Assembly (NCBI GenBank): GCA_017510705.1
Contig: JAFWMO010000010.1
Coordinates: 8,678-72,677, forward strand
DNA length: 64,000 nt
Direction: 5' to 3'
From: Candidatus Saccharimonadota bacterium
Lineage (GTDB): Bacteria; Patescibacteriota; Saccharimonadia; Saccharimonadales; Saccharimonadaceae
The notes under the pieces: generated by a model
Databases searched by the model: none
Told to the model about the DNA's origin: nothing
The model's input: only the letters and a program-made list of their open reading frames with translations
Translations under genes and position numbers: made by a program
Shown: one piece after another, positions 8,796 to 18,540 of the stretch
Layout of the letters: each line of letters starts with the position of its first letter
Numbering within the stretch: position 1 is the stretch's first letter

Positions 8796-10519
8796 ATATA
8801 ATCGGCAAGTTCGGTGAGAGAGACTTTTTCTTCTTTATCGCGCAAGCGTACAGACACGATCCCCTCTTCGGCATCTTTTGGCCCAACGATAATTACGCAA
8901 GGTATTTTCATTTCGGTGGCGCGGCGAATCTTTTTGCCAAGAGAATCGGCAGAATCATCTACAAACACACGAAGCTTGTTGTTTTTAATTGGCTCATCTA
9001 ATACTATGCCGTTTAGAATATCAGTAATCTTTGAAACATAGTCGGATACTTGGTCGTTTACAGTGAGGATACGGACATTCTCTGGTGCACACCACATTGG
9101 GAGCCAACCAGCAGTGTGCTCTAGGTATACACTCATAAAGCGTTCAATAGAGCCAATAAGCGCACAGTGAATCATGACAGGGGTCTTTTTGGAGCCATCT
9201 GCATCAGTATACTCGAGGTGGAAACGAGCAGGCATTGCATAGTCTAGCTGTACAGTAGCTAGCTGCCATTCGCGACCCAATGCGTCTACGGCCATAAAAT
9301 CCATCTTTGGACCATACATGGCGGCTTCGCCTTCGCCGATAAAGTAATCCATCTCGTATTTCTCTGCCATATCTTTGATGGCTTTCTGGGCCTTCTCCCA
9401 CATTTCTGGGGTACCAATATAGCCATCACCGTCGTCGCGGAAAGAGAGACGGAGGCGGAGTTTCATGTCTATTCTCTTGTAAAGGTCTTTAGCAGATTCA
9501 ATAAGCTCACCAAAAATATCGCCAATTTGGTCTTCTGTACAAAAGACATGCGAATCGTCCTGCGTAATGGCACGGACGCGGGAGAGGCCACCGAGCTCGC
9601 CTTTGCGTTCGTCACGATAAACCATGGTAGTCTCTAGATATTTGATAGGGAGATCCTTGTATGAACGCGGCGAACTGGCAAAGATTTGAGAGTGGTGAGG
9701 ACAAGATACAGGCTTGATAGCTAGGTGATCGCCAGATTCTTGAGACACAAATTGGAGCATCTCTGGGAACTTCTCATAGTGGCCGGATGTTTTGTAAAGA
9801 TCTACATTTGCAATATGCGGAATACATACTTTTTTGTAACCGTTTTTCAGACGATAGCTCTGAGTAAAATCATTAAGCAAATCTCGAAGAATGGTGCCTC
9901 GTGGAGTAAACAACGGCAAACCTGAACCTACTAAATCTGAAAAACAGAACAAATCTAGCTCTTTGCCGAGCTTGCGGTGGTCGCGAGATTTAGCTTCTTC
10001 TTGGCGTTTCAAAAAATCGTTTAATTCTTCTTCGGTGTCAAAAGCCACACCATAAATACGAGTAAGCATTTCGCGTTTTTCATCACCACGCCAGTAGGCG
10101 CCGGCCACACGGCTAAGCTTGAATGCACCGATTTCTGAAGTATTTTCTACATGTGGGCCTTTGCAAAGATCCGTAAAGATATTGCCAAGGTCGTAAAAAG
10201 AGATTTCTTCCCCGTCTGGCAACTCTTCTATGAGCTCAACTTTGTATTTTTGGTCATTATCCTTGGCCCATTTAAGAGCTTCCTCTTTTTTAACGGTGCG
10301 TTTTTTCATTTCTAAGTTTCTAGCAATGATGCCGCGCATCTTTTTCTCTATTTTTGGCAAATCCGCATCAGAGATTTTGGTGTCGCCAAAGTCAATATCG
10401 TAATAGAAGCCATTCTCTATGGCTGGGCCAATACCAAATGTTGTTGTAGGATAAAGCTCCCGTACTGCAGCAGCAAGTACATGACTAAGCGTATGACGCA
10501 TCTTTTCTGTTTTTTCCAT
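8783..10519 (-). CDS. thrS: threonyl-tRNA synthetase (no N-terminal TGS domain)
   Basis: HTLSHVLAAAV editing-domain start, class II motifs and CPHH zinc-site region. An SD lies upstream (AAAGGA). Confidence 0.9.
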   Translation of the reverse strand: MEKTEKMRHTLSHVLAAAVRELYPTTTFGIGPAIENGFYYDIDFGDTKISDADLPKIEKKMRGIIARNLEMKKRTVKKEEALKWAKDNDQKYKVELIEELPDGEEISFYDLGNIFTDLCKGPHVENTSEIGAFKLSRVAGAYWRGDEKREMLTRIYGVAFDTEEELNDFLKRQEEAKSRDHRKLGKELDLFCFSDLVGSGLPLFTPRGTILRDLLNDFTQSYRLKNGYKKVCIPHIANVDLYKTSGHYEKFPEMLQFVSQESGDHLAIKPVSCPHHSQIFASSPRSYKDLPIKYLETTMVYRDERKGELGGLSRVRAITQDDSHVFCTEDQIGDIFGELIESAKDLYKRIDMKLRLRLSFRDDGDGYIGTPEMWEKAQKAIKDMAEKYEMDYFIGEGEAAMYGPKMDFMAVDALGREWQLATVQLDYAMPARFHLEYTDADGSKKTPVMIHCALIGSIERFMSVYLEHTAGWLPMWCAPENVRILTVNDQVSDYVSKITDILNGIVLDEPIKNNKLRVFVDDSADSLGKKIRRATEMKIPCVIIVGPKDAEEGIVSVRLRDKEEKVSLTELADYICKL

Positions 10520-10561
10520 GCTTTATCCTTTCTGTGATTATATCTGTTATATTATACCACA

Positions 10562-11488
10562 TTATACAGATAATAACAGTATCATCACGGGCATGGTAGC
10601 CACGGAAAGAACCGTGGAAATCGTGACGAGCTCGGAAGCTTCAATATTGTTGCCACCATATTTGGTAGCAAAGAGACCAAGAGAAGTGGCGGTAGGGAGC
10701 GCTTGGATGAGCGTGCAGACATTTACAACCTCTATCGGGAAATTGAAGGCTTTTAATATGAAGAACGTCGCGATTGGGCCTAAAATTAATTGGACAAGGG
10801 CGACGAGAACTAGGCGCCATTTTTTGATAATAGATTTGAAATCGGCGCGAGATAGCATAAAACCGATACAAATAATGGAGAGTGGTGTAGTGGCATTGCC
10901 AACAAACCCGACTGCACCGGTAAGAAAACTCGGGAGTTTGATGCCGGCCAAAAAGACAATCATACCTAAAAGAACCGCAATAATGTTGGGGTTGGTAGCC
11001 ACACTGATCAAGAGTTTAGCATTTACTTTGTGTTCAAAAAGCCAGATGCCATAAGAGAATAGTGCAATATTAAAAGCAATAATAAACCCGCAATAGGCAA
11101 TCACCCCTGTAGGTCCAAAAGTATTAACAACTATCGGATAGCCAAGGAATGTAGCATTATTGAAAATAAGTGCAAATTGAGATTCGTAGCGAAGCCCACC
11201 CTTAAACCACCATTTATTGAAAAGAATTCTAGAAAGCAAAATCAACATAAACATCACTAATGCCCCGGCAAGAAAACCGGATGAGAAGAGACTAAGAGTT
11301 TCTTCATTATATTCGGATGGGAAAGCCATAAAAAGCGACGCCGGCATAAAAACCGTAAGCAAAAGGTTTGTAAGCTCTTTGTTGGTTTCTGTCCCGATCA
11401 TTTTTCTTTTGCCGAGGAAAAACCCAAGCACCAGAATCAATGCAAGGCTGCCGAGACGAGCATAAAATTCCCCAAGTTCAATCTGCAT
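10562..11488 (-). CDS. AEC (auxin efflux carrier) family transporter
   Basis: 308 aa with about 10 TM helices and a typical AEC family pattern. TGATATAAT lies 6 nt upstream of the ATG. Confidence 0.6.
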   Translation of the reverse strand: MQIELGEFYARLGSLALILVLGFFLGKRKMIGTETNKELTNLLLTVFMPASLFMAFPSEYNEETLSLFSSGFLAGALVMFMLILLSRILFNKWWFKGGLRYESQFALIFNNATFLGYPIVVNTFGPTGVIAYCGFIIAFNIALFSYGIWLFEHKVNAKLLISVATNPNIIAVLLGMIVFLAGIKLPSFLTGAVGFVGNATTPLSIICIGFMLSRADFKSIIKKWRLVLVALVQLILGPIATFFILKAFNFPIEVVNVCTLIQALPTATSLGLFATKYGGNNIEASELVTISTVLSVATMPVMILLLSV

Positions 11489-11563
11489 ATGTTTATTATA
11501 TCATATCCTGTGTGTTATAATACTTGCCAATAGGTGGGAGTACATTAATAGGAGGTGAGAAAA

Positions 11564-12187
11564 ATGAGTGAAATCTACGAACCGAATCTGGAGAAAATGT
11601 ACACATATCTTAGAGGTAGACTTGATGGAGCTGGTTGGGAACAAAGCATCAAAGCCCTAGCATATGCCAGAAAGGCACACGAAGGACAGTTTCGCGAAGG
11701 TAATGGTGCACCGTATATTATCCACCCGATTTCAATGGCTTGTGATGCGATTGCATGCAAAGGTGCAACAGATGATCTGATTGCCGTAATTTTGCTTCAC
11801 GATGTAGTTGAAGATTGTGGCAAAGAACTTGGTGATTTACCCGTGAATGAAACTGTAAGAAAAGGCGTTCAGTATATGACGGTCGATCCATTGTTCTCTG
11901 AAGATAAATCAGATGCAAAAAAGCGTTATTTCCCCGAATTAACGCTCAGCCCGGAAGCTATCATATGCAAAGCGTTCGATCGCAATGCAAATTTAAACGA
12001 TATGGCAGGTTTTGATGAAGCAAGAATCAAAAGAAATGTCATAGAAACGCACGAAAAGCTCATGCCCGTTTTGAAAGAAGCAAAGTATCTTTATCCTGAG
12101 TATTCCGATATGCTCCATACAATTAGGACAAGTTTAAAAAGAACTTTGAACTTATTGGCGAACCAGTACAACATTGACTTAGAATAA
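11564..12187 (+). CDS. stand-alone RelA/SpoT-type HD domain protein (putative small alarmone hydrolase)
   Basis: AHEGQFREGNGAPYIIHP...LLHDVVEDC HD motifs. GGAGG SD precedes ATG 11564 (the track start at 11555 is GTG). TGTTATAAT lies at 11513..11521. Confidence 0.65.
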   Translation: MSEIYEPNLEKMYTYLRGRLDGAGWEQSIKALAYARKAHEGQFREGNGAPYIIHPISMACDAIACKGATDDLIAVILLHDVVEDCGKELGDLPVNETVRKGVQYMTVDPLFSEDKSDAKKRYFPELTLSPEAIICKAFDRNANLNDMAGFDEARIKRNVIETHEKLMPVLKEAKYLYPEYSDMLHTIRTSLKRTLNLLANQYNIDLE

Positions 12188-12222
12188 TGCCACCCCACCT
12201 CATGGGCTGCTAAAAGCAGCCC

Positions 12223-12885
12223 TTATTTTTGTTTACGGATGGCGCCACGAATTCTAAGGGTTTTGCAAGTATCATGATACAGGTCATTAAAACTGTCGTG
12301 TATTTTGATGTTGCTGTTAAATATTTCGCGAAGAGCAGGCTTGATGTCGTTAAATTGTGAACAAGCGAGGATAATTTCTTTTGGAAAAAATTTTTTGGTT
12401 ACGGCTAACTCGAGCATAATATCGCGGATGTCCTCATTTGCCAATTCCCCGTCGTCGATTTTGTTTGGCCAATCGTCTAACGCCATGGTAATGGCTCGGC
12501 GGTGAAGTTTGAGCAAATAGGAACGATATTTGGCCGTCTTCGATACAGCGTTGGTAGTGAGAATAATTGTATTGCGATCAATAAATGTACTCGGCAAGAC
12601 GAGATCAAGGCCGATAAATTTTTGTGAGCGATATTTTCTGCGAAAAAATTTTAAGCTAGTGAGAGTTAAGAAAAAATTCGCAAAAATTATTAGATCAACT
12701 TTGCCAATGTAGGGCCGCAAAGCTTTCTCGGCAGTACGGCGTGCCTGGCGCTTTTTGTATAAATATTTGTCTGCATTGCGCCAGTCTATCACTCGGATAA
12801 TTTCTACTACACCAAGTTCTTCTTCTAGTTTGTCTGCAAAAAGTTCGCCACCATAACCGCTGTCAAAAACAACAATTTTTAGCAT
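12223..12885 (-). CDS. Asp/Glu racemase-like protein with degenerate active site
   Basis: VVFDSGYGG start, plus ...ANFFLT... and ...ACSQFN... at the positions of the MurI ACNTAS and GCTHYP motifs. Confidence 0.4.
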   Translation of the reverse strand: MLKIVVFDSGYGGELFADKLEEELGVVEIIRVIDWRNADKYLYKKRQARRTAEKALRPYIGKVDLIIFANFFLTLTSLKFFRRKYRSQKFIGLDLVLPSTFIDRNTIILTTNAVSKTAKYRSYLLKLHRRAITMALDDWPNKIDDGELANEDIRDIMLELAVTKKFFPKEIILACSQFNDIKPALREIFNSNIKIHDSFNDLYHDTCKTLRIRGAIRKQK

Positions 12886-13076
12886 TTTAGCCTTTCTCCT
12901 CCATGTCGAGATTTTACCACAGCTGTTGGGCGTGAATTTTTCGTTTTCTTTAGAAATGCTACAAATGTAGCATAACTCTCTAAAAACTACAGGGGTGATG
13001 TGAGTAGACTTGCAATTTTTGGCAAAATGTGGTATAATTAGAGGATAAAATACTTTATTTCGAAGGAGGGCGAAAT

Positions 13077-13478
13077 ATGAAAATTGAAAATAAGGATATG
13101 GCGGTAAGTATCATTTCGGCCAGCGGACAGGCTTTTGAAAAAATGCTGGAAGAAGCCGGCGTGGCGATCAGGGCGCATTATGAAAGAAGCGAGGAAGGGT
13201 TTTATATGGCTCGCTTCTTGGACTACTCGGTGTTGGCGGAAATGAGCGGAGAACAGTTTGTAAAACTGCTTGCCCAGGACGAGATGCCGGATTTTGTGCC
13301 AAGGATAACAATAATGTGTCATATTGGAGGCGAGGAAGTCGTCATTGTTAAGCAGTGCGATCGCTTTGAAAGCGAGGAGCATCTACAAATTGTCAATGAA
13401 ACAGATGTTACTCGCCTAAAAAACGGCGAACTCTTCACGATGTTAAGGGAACGTAGGCCTTCCCTGTTAAATATTTAG
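13077..13478 (+). CDS. hypothetical protein
   Basis: 133-aa ORF with an AGGAGG SD, TGGTATAAT at 13030..13038 and a terminator downstream. Confidence 0.6.
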   Translation: MKIENKDMAVSIISASGQAFEKMLEEAGVAIRAHYERSEEGFYMARFLDYSVLAEMSGEQFVKLLAQDEMPDFVPRITIMCHIGGEEVVIVKQCDRFESEEHLQIVNETDVTRLKNGELFTMLRERRPSLLNI

Positions 13479-13495
13479 CAAAAAGCCTACAAAAA

Positions 13496-13522
13496 GGCCC
13501 CGCAAGGGGCCTTGATTTATTT
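13496..13522 (+). terminator. intrinsic terminator
   Basis: GGCCCC gcaa GGGGCC stem followed by a T-rich tract. Confidence 0.7.
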
Positions 13523-13598
13523 CTGAAACTGGTGGGGCTTAATTAATCAGGCTTTAACAGCTTATAAAGAAGTTGGTCGAAAATGGTATAATAAAGGT

Positions 13599-14180
13599 AT
13601 GAATGATGGACTATTATTTCCTAAAAATGCAACCAATGAAGAGAGGCAAATAGATTGGCAATTAATAGCTAAAATATCAGACAAAGATTTTGGTTTTAAT
13701 AATCTAAAGCCGAAAAGTGACGAGATTAGATTTAACGTACGTTGTATATTGCAAAATAGCAATGGCGAAATCTGTGTTATCAGATCTGAAAAGTTTGGCT
13801 ACATACAGATTCCAGGTGGCGGTATAGAGAATGAAGAAACTATCGTAGATGCTTTACGCAGAGAAGTCCAAGAAGAAACAGGCTTTTTGATTACGGATAT
13901 AAAACCTATTGGTTATATCTTAGAAATACGCGAAGATGTTCAAAATAAATACGATTGGGGTAAAGCTATTTCTTATGTTTTTAGTGCTTCCCCCAAGAAA
14001 GAAATCGGGACAAATTATACAGAATACGAAAACACAGAAGGTTTTAGACCGATTTGGATGACGTTAGACGATTTTATTGCCGAAAAAGAAAAATTAAGAA
14101 ACAAAGCTATCAGCTATAGTGGTAACTTTTCAGATAAGCGTGATTTAGAAATCGCAAGGTTTTATAAGAATAATACATAG
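13599..14180 (+). CDS. NUDIX hydrolase
   Basis: Nudix box GGGIENEETIVDALRREVQEETGF. TGGTATAAT lies 6 nt upstream of the ATG. Confidence 0.8.
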   Translation: MNDGLLFPKNATNEERQIDWQLIAKISDKDFGFNNLKPKSDEIRFNVRCILQNSNGEICVIRSEKFGYIQIPGGGIENEETIVDALRREVQEETGFLITDIKPIGYILEIREDVQNKYDWGKAISYVFSASPKKEIGTNYTEYENTEGFRPIWMTLDDFIAEKEKLRNKAISYSGNFSDKRDLEIARFYKNNT

Positions 14181-14342
14181 AACAAATTGTTGGGGATTTA
14201 ACAGCCGAAGTTATAGAGGTAAATTACGATTTTTTTGTGTTTTTACCGCAAAAATGGCATAAAAATAACCCTCTATTTTGACGAGGGATTTAACAGACAT
14301 TTACAGATTGCGGAATAGTTGAAAACCATTTTATAAACCGAA

Positions 14343-14361
14343 TGGTGGGTGATGAGGGGCT
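14343..14361. repeat. 19-nt exact copy of the 3' end of tRNA-Val (att-like direct repeat)
   Basis: TGGTGGGTGATGAGGGGCT occurs at 14343..14361 and at 14530..14548 (the tRNA 3' end including CCA). Confidence 0.8.
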
Positions 14362-14529
14362 AAGCTTTTGCTATGGCAAAAGCTTTCCGTTCCTCCTTGC
14401 TCAAAAAATCTAGAATTTATTCTAGATTTTTATTCGCTTCGTCGTCCGGTCGAACCCTTCGGGTTCTCGCCCTTCTTATCGTGTATCAGAAGATAAAAAT
14501 AAGTCCCTTTGGGACTTCTTTTTATCTTC

Positions 14530-14606
14530 TGGTGGGTGATGAGGGGCTCGAACCCCCGACCTTCTCGGTGTAAACGAGACGCTCTAGCCAACTGAGCTAA
14601 TCACCC
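14530..14606 (-). tRNA. tRNA-Val (anticodon TAC), CCA encoded
   Basis: Cloverleaf GGGTGAT/ATCACCC acceptor, GCTCAGTTGGCTAGAGC D arm, anticodon loop TTTACAC, GGTTCGAGCC T arm. Confidence 0.9.
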
Positions 14607-14665
14607 GTTCTTTTATTATATCACATCTTTTGATTTTGGGAAAGGCCTCGTGCTATAATAAAATT

Positions 14666-15406
14666 ATGAGCAAAAAATGGAGGCTACTTGCGCTAGCGCC
14701 AGCTGCTACGAGCATGGTCTTCCCTTTTTGCGTTGCAAAAGCACTTGATATTGATAAAGAACGTCTGGCCGAGCAGCTCACGGCTGGCGAGATAAATATC
14801 CCATTCCCAGAAAGTTTTGAAAGATGGCCAGAGCCGGTGGTATATACTCCCGGCGGGACCAATACTGCAAGTACTGCTGATGCGCGTGGCCATATGGTAG
14901 ACGGTATGAAAGTGATCTATTACAAAACTATGGTCTGGGGTGACGTAGCTTCTAGCTTTAGTGAGTTCAAAAAGAACGTAGCGGATACTCTAAATGATGC
15001 ACGAGGTTGGGTGCGGGCGGGGCTTAGATTTGTAGAAGTAAGCCAGGGGCAAGACGTAAATGTAATTTTGTCTGACCCAGCACATCTTGGCATTACGCCT
15101 GGGTGTAGTAGCGAGTTATCATGCACGACTTGGGCAAACCAAGTGATCATCAATGACGTGCGTTGGCGCGAAGGCACAGAACCAAGCCGAGCCGCTGGGA
15201 TGAGTACTAGAGATTATCAGCACATGGTAGTAAACCATGAGGTGGGTCATTGGTTGGGGCATTATGCACATATCGAAGGCTGTACGGCAGAAAATGGTTT
15301 TCTCGGTGGTCCGGCGCCGATTATGTTGCAGCAATCTACTGGGTTGCGCGGTTGTACGAGTTTTAATGCGTGGCCGCTAGATAGCGAACTATGGACTTTA
15401 AGATAA
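14666..15406 (+). CDS. secreted zinc metalloprotease-like protein (HEVGH motif; DUF3152-like)
   Basis: Signal-peptide-like N-terminus MSKKWRLLALAPAATSMVF and a HEVGHWLGH zincin motif. TGCTATAAT lies 6 nt upstream of ATG 14666 (the track start at 14630 is unlikely). Confidence 0.6.
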   Translation: MSKKWRLLALAPAATSMVFPFCVAKALDIDKERLAEQLTAGEINIPFPESFERWPEPVVYTPGGTNTASTADARGHMVDGMKVIYYKTMVWGDVASSFSEFKKNVADTLNDARGWVRAGLRFVEVSQGQDVNVILSDPAHLGITPGCSSELSCTTWANQVIINDVRWREGTEPSRAAGMSTRDYQHMVVNHEVGHWLGHYAHIEGCTAENGFLGGPAPIMLQQSTGLRGCTSFNAWPLDSELWTLR

Positions 15407-15415
15407 AGGAGGAAT

Positions 15416-15895
15416 ATGAAAAAAATAATCAAAATAATTGGTGGCACCATGATAATTGCCGGTGTGGGCGTGGGCGTATTCTTTGGCGCAAAGGCAATCT
15501 ATAATAGTGGTGTTAATGATGGGCGTACAGCCGAAGCAAATGATGTATCCAAAAATGTAAAGTCCCTCGGCACTGCAGTTTCAGAAAAAGAGACATTCCG
15601 AAAAAATCTAAACGAAAAGTTAGCTGATATACCGACAGAATTAAATTCTGATGGCATTAATAGTTATATTGAAAAATTGAACAATTTAATTAATGAGACT
15701 GAAACAGAAAGCGTAAAGGATGCATTAAACGAATACTTAAATAAATGGCAATCTTTTAAAGAAGTTTATGCTGGTGAAAATAATAATGAAATAATGGAAA
15801 AGTTTAATGAGCTAAAAACTTCTGCAAATGATACTGCAACAAAAATAAAATCGCTTTATGACGGCGCGATACAAGAGGCAATACAAAAATTATAA
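15416..15895 (+). CDS. membrane-anchored hypothetical protein
   Basis: 159 aa with one N-terminal TM helix; AGGAGG SD. Confidence 0.6.
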   Translation: MKKIIKIIGGTMIIAGVGVGVFFGAKAIYNSGVNDGRTAEANDVSKNVKSLGTAVSEKETFRKNLNEKLADIPTELNSDGINSYIEKLNNLINETETESVKDALNEYLNKWQSFKEVYAGENNNEIMEKFNELKTSANDTATKIKSLYDGAIQEAIQKL

Positions 15896-15898
15896 TAC

Positions 15899-17524
15899 TT
15901 ATTTTTTGACAAATTTCTTAGTGACGTCAAATTTTTCCATGTAGAGACCAAGCATCAAGCGAGTTTGCGCGTAAAACGCCGCGATAGACTGATAAAGAAT
16001 TGACGTGATTGGCATTAAAATCCATTGAAGGAGCATAGAGAGAGATTTTCCCTTGCGATATTTGGCTGGACGTGGTGGCAACATCCGGAAAGAGACCAAA
16101 ACTGTAATAATGAGGCCGATAGATGCAACGGTTTCTATGACGCTAACTATATTTGGGAGATTATAAGCAACCATGTTATGAGAAGAGACATTCATGATCA
16201 TTGGTACCCAGCCACCAAATGCCACAATTGGCGCCATGATTGCGAGTGTGACATGCCCATCTAGAAGCCGCCAGAACTTTGGCCAGAGTTGCCAAAAAGG
16301 CATCATACGGCGAGATTTCCTGACGAAAAGTTTGGTGCCAACATAAGCAACATCAGAGGCGCCATAATCCCAGCGGCGGACCTGAATAAATTGTGCCTTG
16401 ATAGTTTTCCAAAGGGTTTCATCAATTACAGCGTCTTGATAGATCGGGATACGAATCGGCAAAACATTATAATCCCCGCTAAAGAAGAACAGACTGCGCC
16501 AATATTGATGGCCATCTTCCACGATAGTACGCTTACTCCAAAAATCCATTGCCTCTAGCGCTTGGAGAGGCTGGGAATGAGAAGCAAAATTTCTGAGCAC
16601 ATGCGGGCGCATAGTGGTAATAACATTAAAAAACGAATTGGACACAGCAATAATACGCGATGGGGCTGGGGCGTCCCAGATATTATTCATAAATAGCGAA
16701 ACTGGTTGGTAGCTAAGACGTTGGCGGTTGGAATGCGTGATAAATTCATAGGCAACGGAATCAAGATATTTTGGCGCCATGTGATTATCGCTATCTAGAG
16801 ACGTGACGATGGTATTTTCTACTGGAAGATGATGTTTTTTAAAATACTCCGCCACCATGTGGCCGGCAAAAGTAAGATTTGGACCTTTGCCAATAACTTC
16901 GCTCGTGATATTAGCTGGATGTTTTGACAACAGAAAAGCTTTGAAAGTATCTTTGTATTCCCTAGCGAGATCCTTGGCGAGATTTTCCATCGCCTCACCA
17001 CCGCGTTCCTCGTATGCTAAAACAAAAATGATGCGTTCGTTTGGAAAAGTAGTAGCCTTTACAGCTTCAATAGACGGAGCCAAAATTTCTCTGCCCTCGT
17101 CGTAAGCCGTCATAATGACAACGTGTAAGGTCTTTTTGGGATCCGGGTATTCTTTGCCCATGGCAGCCATGAGTTTAAGGTTTTCAACGTGCTCATTAAA
17201 ATGATAGCTCTTTGAATCCTCGTCGTGGAGACGCTCAAAGGCATCATGGGGATTTTCTAGATCTTCGTTGCGGGCGCGCCAATCTACACGGCTAGCACGT
17301 TTAATCACCTCGTAGCCTTGAACTGTGCGATAAGCAACGCCGATAGCTTTTACCAATGTAGATGCAATAATGATGAATAGATAGATGGCACCAAGTACTG
17401 GGCTAAACCAAGACAGGACAAAAAGTAAAATGATAGCACCATAAGATAAAAGTCCTGGTAATATTTCAAAAAAGCGATAAAGCTTGGTGCGTTTACCCTG
17501 AGGAATCTCAAGATTACGGCGCAT
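15899..17524 (-). CDS. membrane glycosyltransferase, family 2 like
   Basis: 541 aa with TM helices flanking a cytoplasmic GT-A-like domain (VVIMTAYDE.., SLDSDN, QVRRWDYG resembling the QxxRW motif). Confidence 0.6.
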   Translation of the reverse strand: MRRNLEIPQGKRTKLYRFFEILPGLLSYGAIILLFVLSWFSPVLGAIYLFIIIASTLVKAIGVAYRTVQGYEVIKRASRVDWRARNEDLENPHDAFERLHDEDSKSYHFNEHVENLKLMAAMGKEYPDPKKTLHVVIMTAYDEGREILAPSIEAVKATTFPNERIIFVLAYEERGGEAMENLAKDLAREYKDTFKAFLLSKHPANITSEVIGKGPNLTFAGHMVAEYFKKHHLPVENTIVTSLDSDNHMAPKYLDSVAYEFITHSNRQRLSYQPVSLFMNNIWDAPAPSRIIAVSNSFFNVITTMRPHVLRNFASHSQPLQALEAMDFWSKRTIVEDGHQYWRSLFFFSGDYNVLPIRIPIYQDAVIDETLWKTIKAQFIQVRRWDYGASDVAYVGTKLFVRKSRRMMPFWQLWPKFWRLLDGHVTLAIMAPIVAFGGWVPMIMNVSSHNMVAYNLPNIVSVIETVASIGLIITVLVSFRMLPPRPAKYRKGKSLSMLLQWILMPITSILYQSIAAFYAQTRLMLGLYMEKFDVTKKFVKK

Positions 17525-17887
17525 TTAGCCCTCCTTTGACAGTCTAATTAAGACAATGAGTGCGCCCAAAATTAGAATAGTAGTCGTGATGATAAAAAAC
17601 TTGGTCACACCAGCGCCACGGCGATGATAGACTTTGGCGGCAATAAGATTATGAAAAATACCAAAAATTACAGCCAAAATCGGGAATGCAAGCATGTCCG
17701 TCCATGAGCCATCACGATAGCCACCAATATCACCATATCCTACTTTTACGACGGCGCTAGCCGGATCTAACTTGATGATGCTGAAGACAAAAAGACCAAT
17801 AGAAAGAGCAAGATTTAGAATCATCAAAACTAACATCAGCCGCTCTTCGCTATAAATCTTTTTGAAATCTTCAAGGTAAGTTTTCAT
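17525..17887 (-). CDS. small membrane protein
   Basis: 120 aa with 3-4 TM helices; abuts both neighbours (same operon). Confidence 0.55.
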   Translation of the reverse strand: MKTYLEDFKKIYSEERLMLVLMILNLALSIGLFVFSIIKLDPASAVVKVGYGDIGGYRDGSWTDMLAFPILAVIFGIFHNLIAAKVYHRRGAGVTKFFIITTTILILGALIVLIRLSKEG

Positions 17888-18487
17888 TTATTTCTTTTTG
17901 CCTGTAAGCTTGTCTACTACCATATTAACGTGTTGGATGAAGACAACATCACCCACAATACCAATGACGCCAGCAGCGATCATTAGCCAACCCGCTAGCA
18001 TGACTGCGCCACCAGTAGCGAAAGTCACAACAATACCAATAATCATCATGGCGATAGAAATCGCAACAAGTTCTTTCCAGCCGTTAGCATTTGCTGAACG
18101 AAGTCTGATGGCGGCATTCAAGCGAACGAGAGATTCGTAGATAATGAATATACCGATAACTATACTAAACACATGCGCTATATCTTGACCAGCCACGAAG
18201 GCAATAATGCCAAGAATTATACAAATAACACCAGATAGGAGCTTGTTGCTATAGGATGCTTTTTGGCTAGATTCTACGAAGTAATCAATGAGAGCAATAC
18301 CACCTCTGATAATAAAGAATGCGCCCACAAGGTAGGCGATAGTCTGAATAATAGTGTCTGGCCAGATCACACAAAGAATACCAAATACCATCACAATAAG
18401 CGATTCTAGCACTGCTGACCACGCAGATAGCTTGATGTTTTTGCCCGCTTGTTCAATCGGGTGCTTGATGATTTCCACCTTAGACAT
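17888..18487 (-). CDS. HdeD/DUF308-like membrane protein
   Basis: 199 aa with six TM helices and repeated GxxxIxxG patterns typical of DUF308. AAGGAG SD and TGCTATAAT lie upstream. Confidence 0.5.
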   Translation of the reverse strand: MSKVEIIKHPIEQAGKNIKLSAWSAVLESLIVMVFGILCVIWPDTIIQTIAYLVGAFFIIRGGIALIDYFVESSQKASYSNKLLSGVICIILGIIAFVAGQDIAHVFSIVIGIFIIYESLVRLNAAIRLRSANANGWKELVAISIAMMIIGIVVTFATGGAVMLAGWLMIAAGVIGIVGDVVFIQHVNMVVDKLTGKKK

Positions 18488-18540
18488 AATAACTCCTTTT
18501 CTATATTATAGCATAGCTACAAAAAACTAGTGATAAAAAA

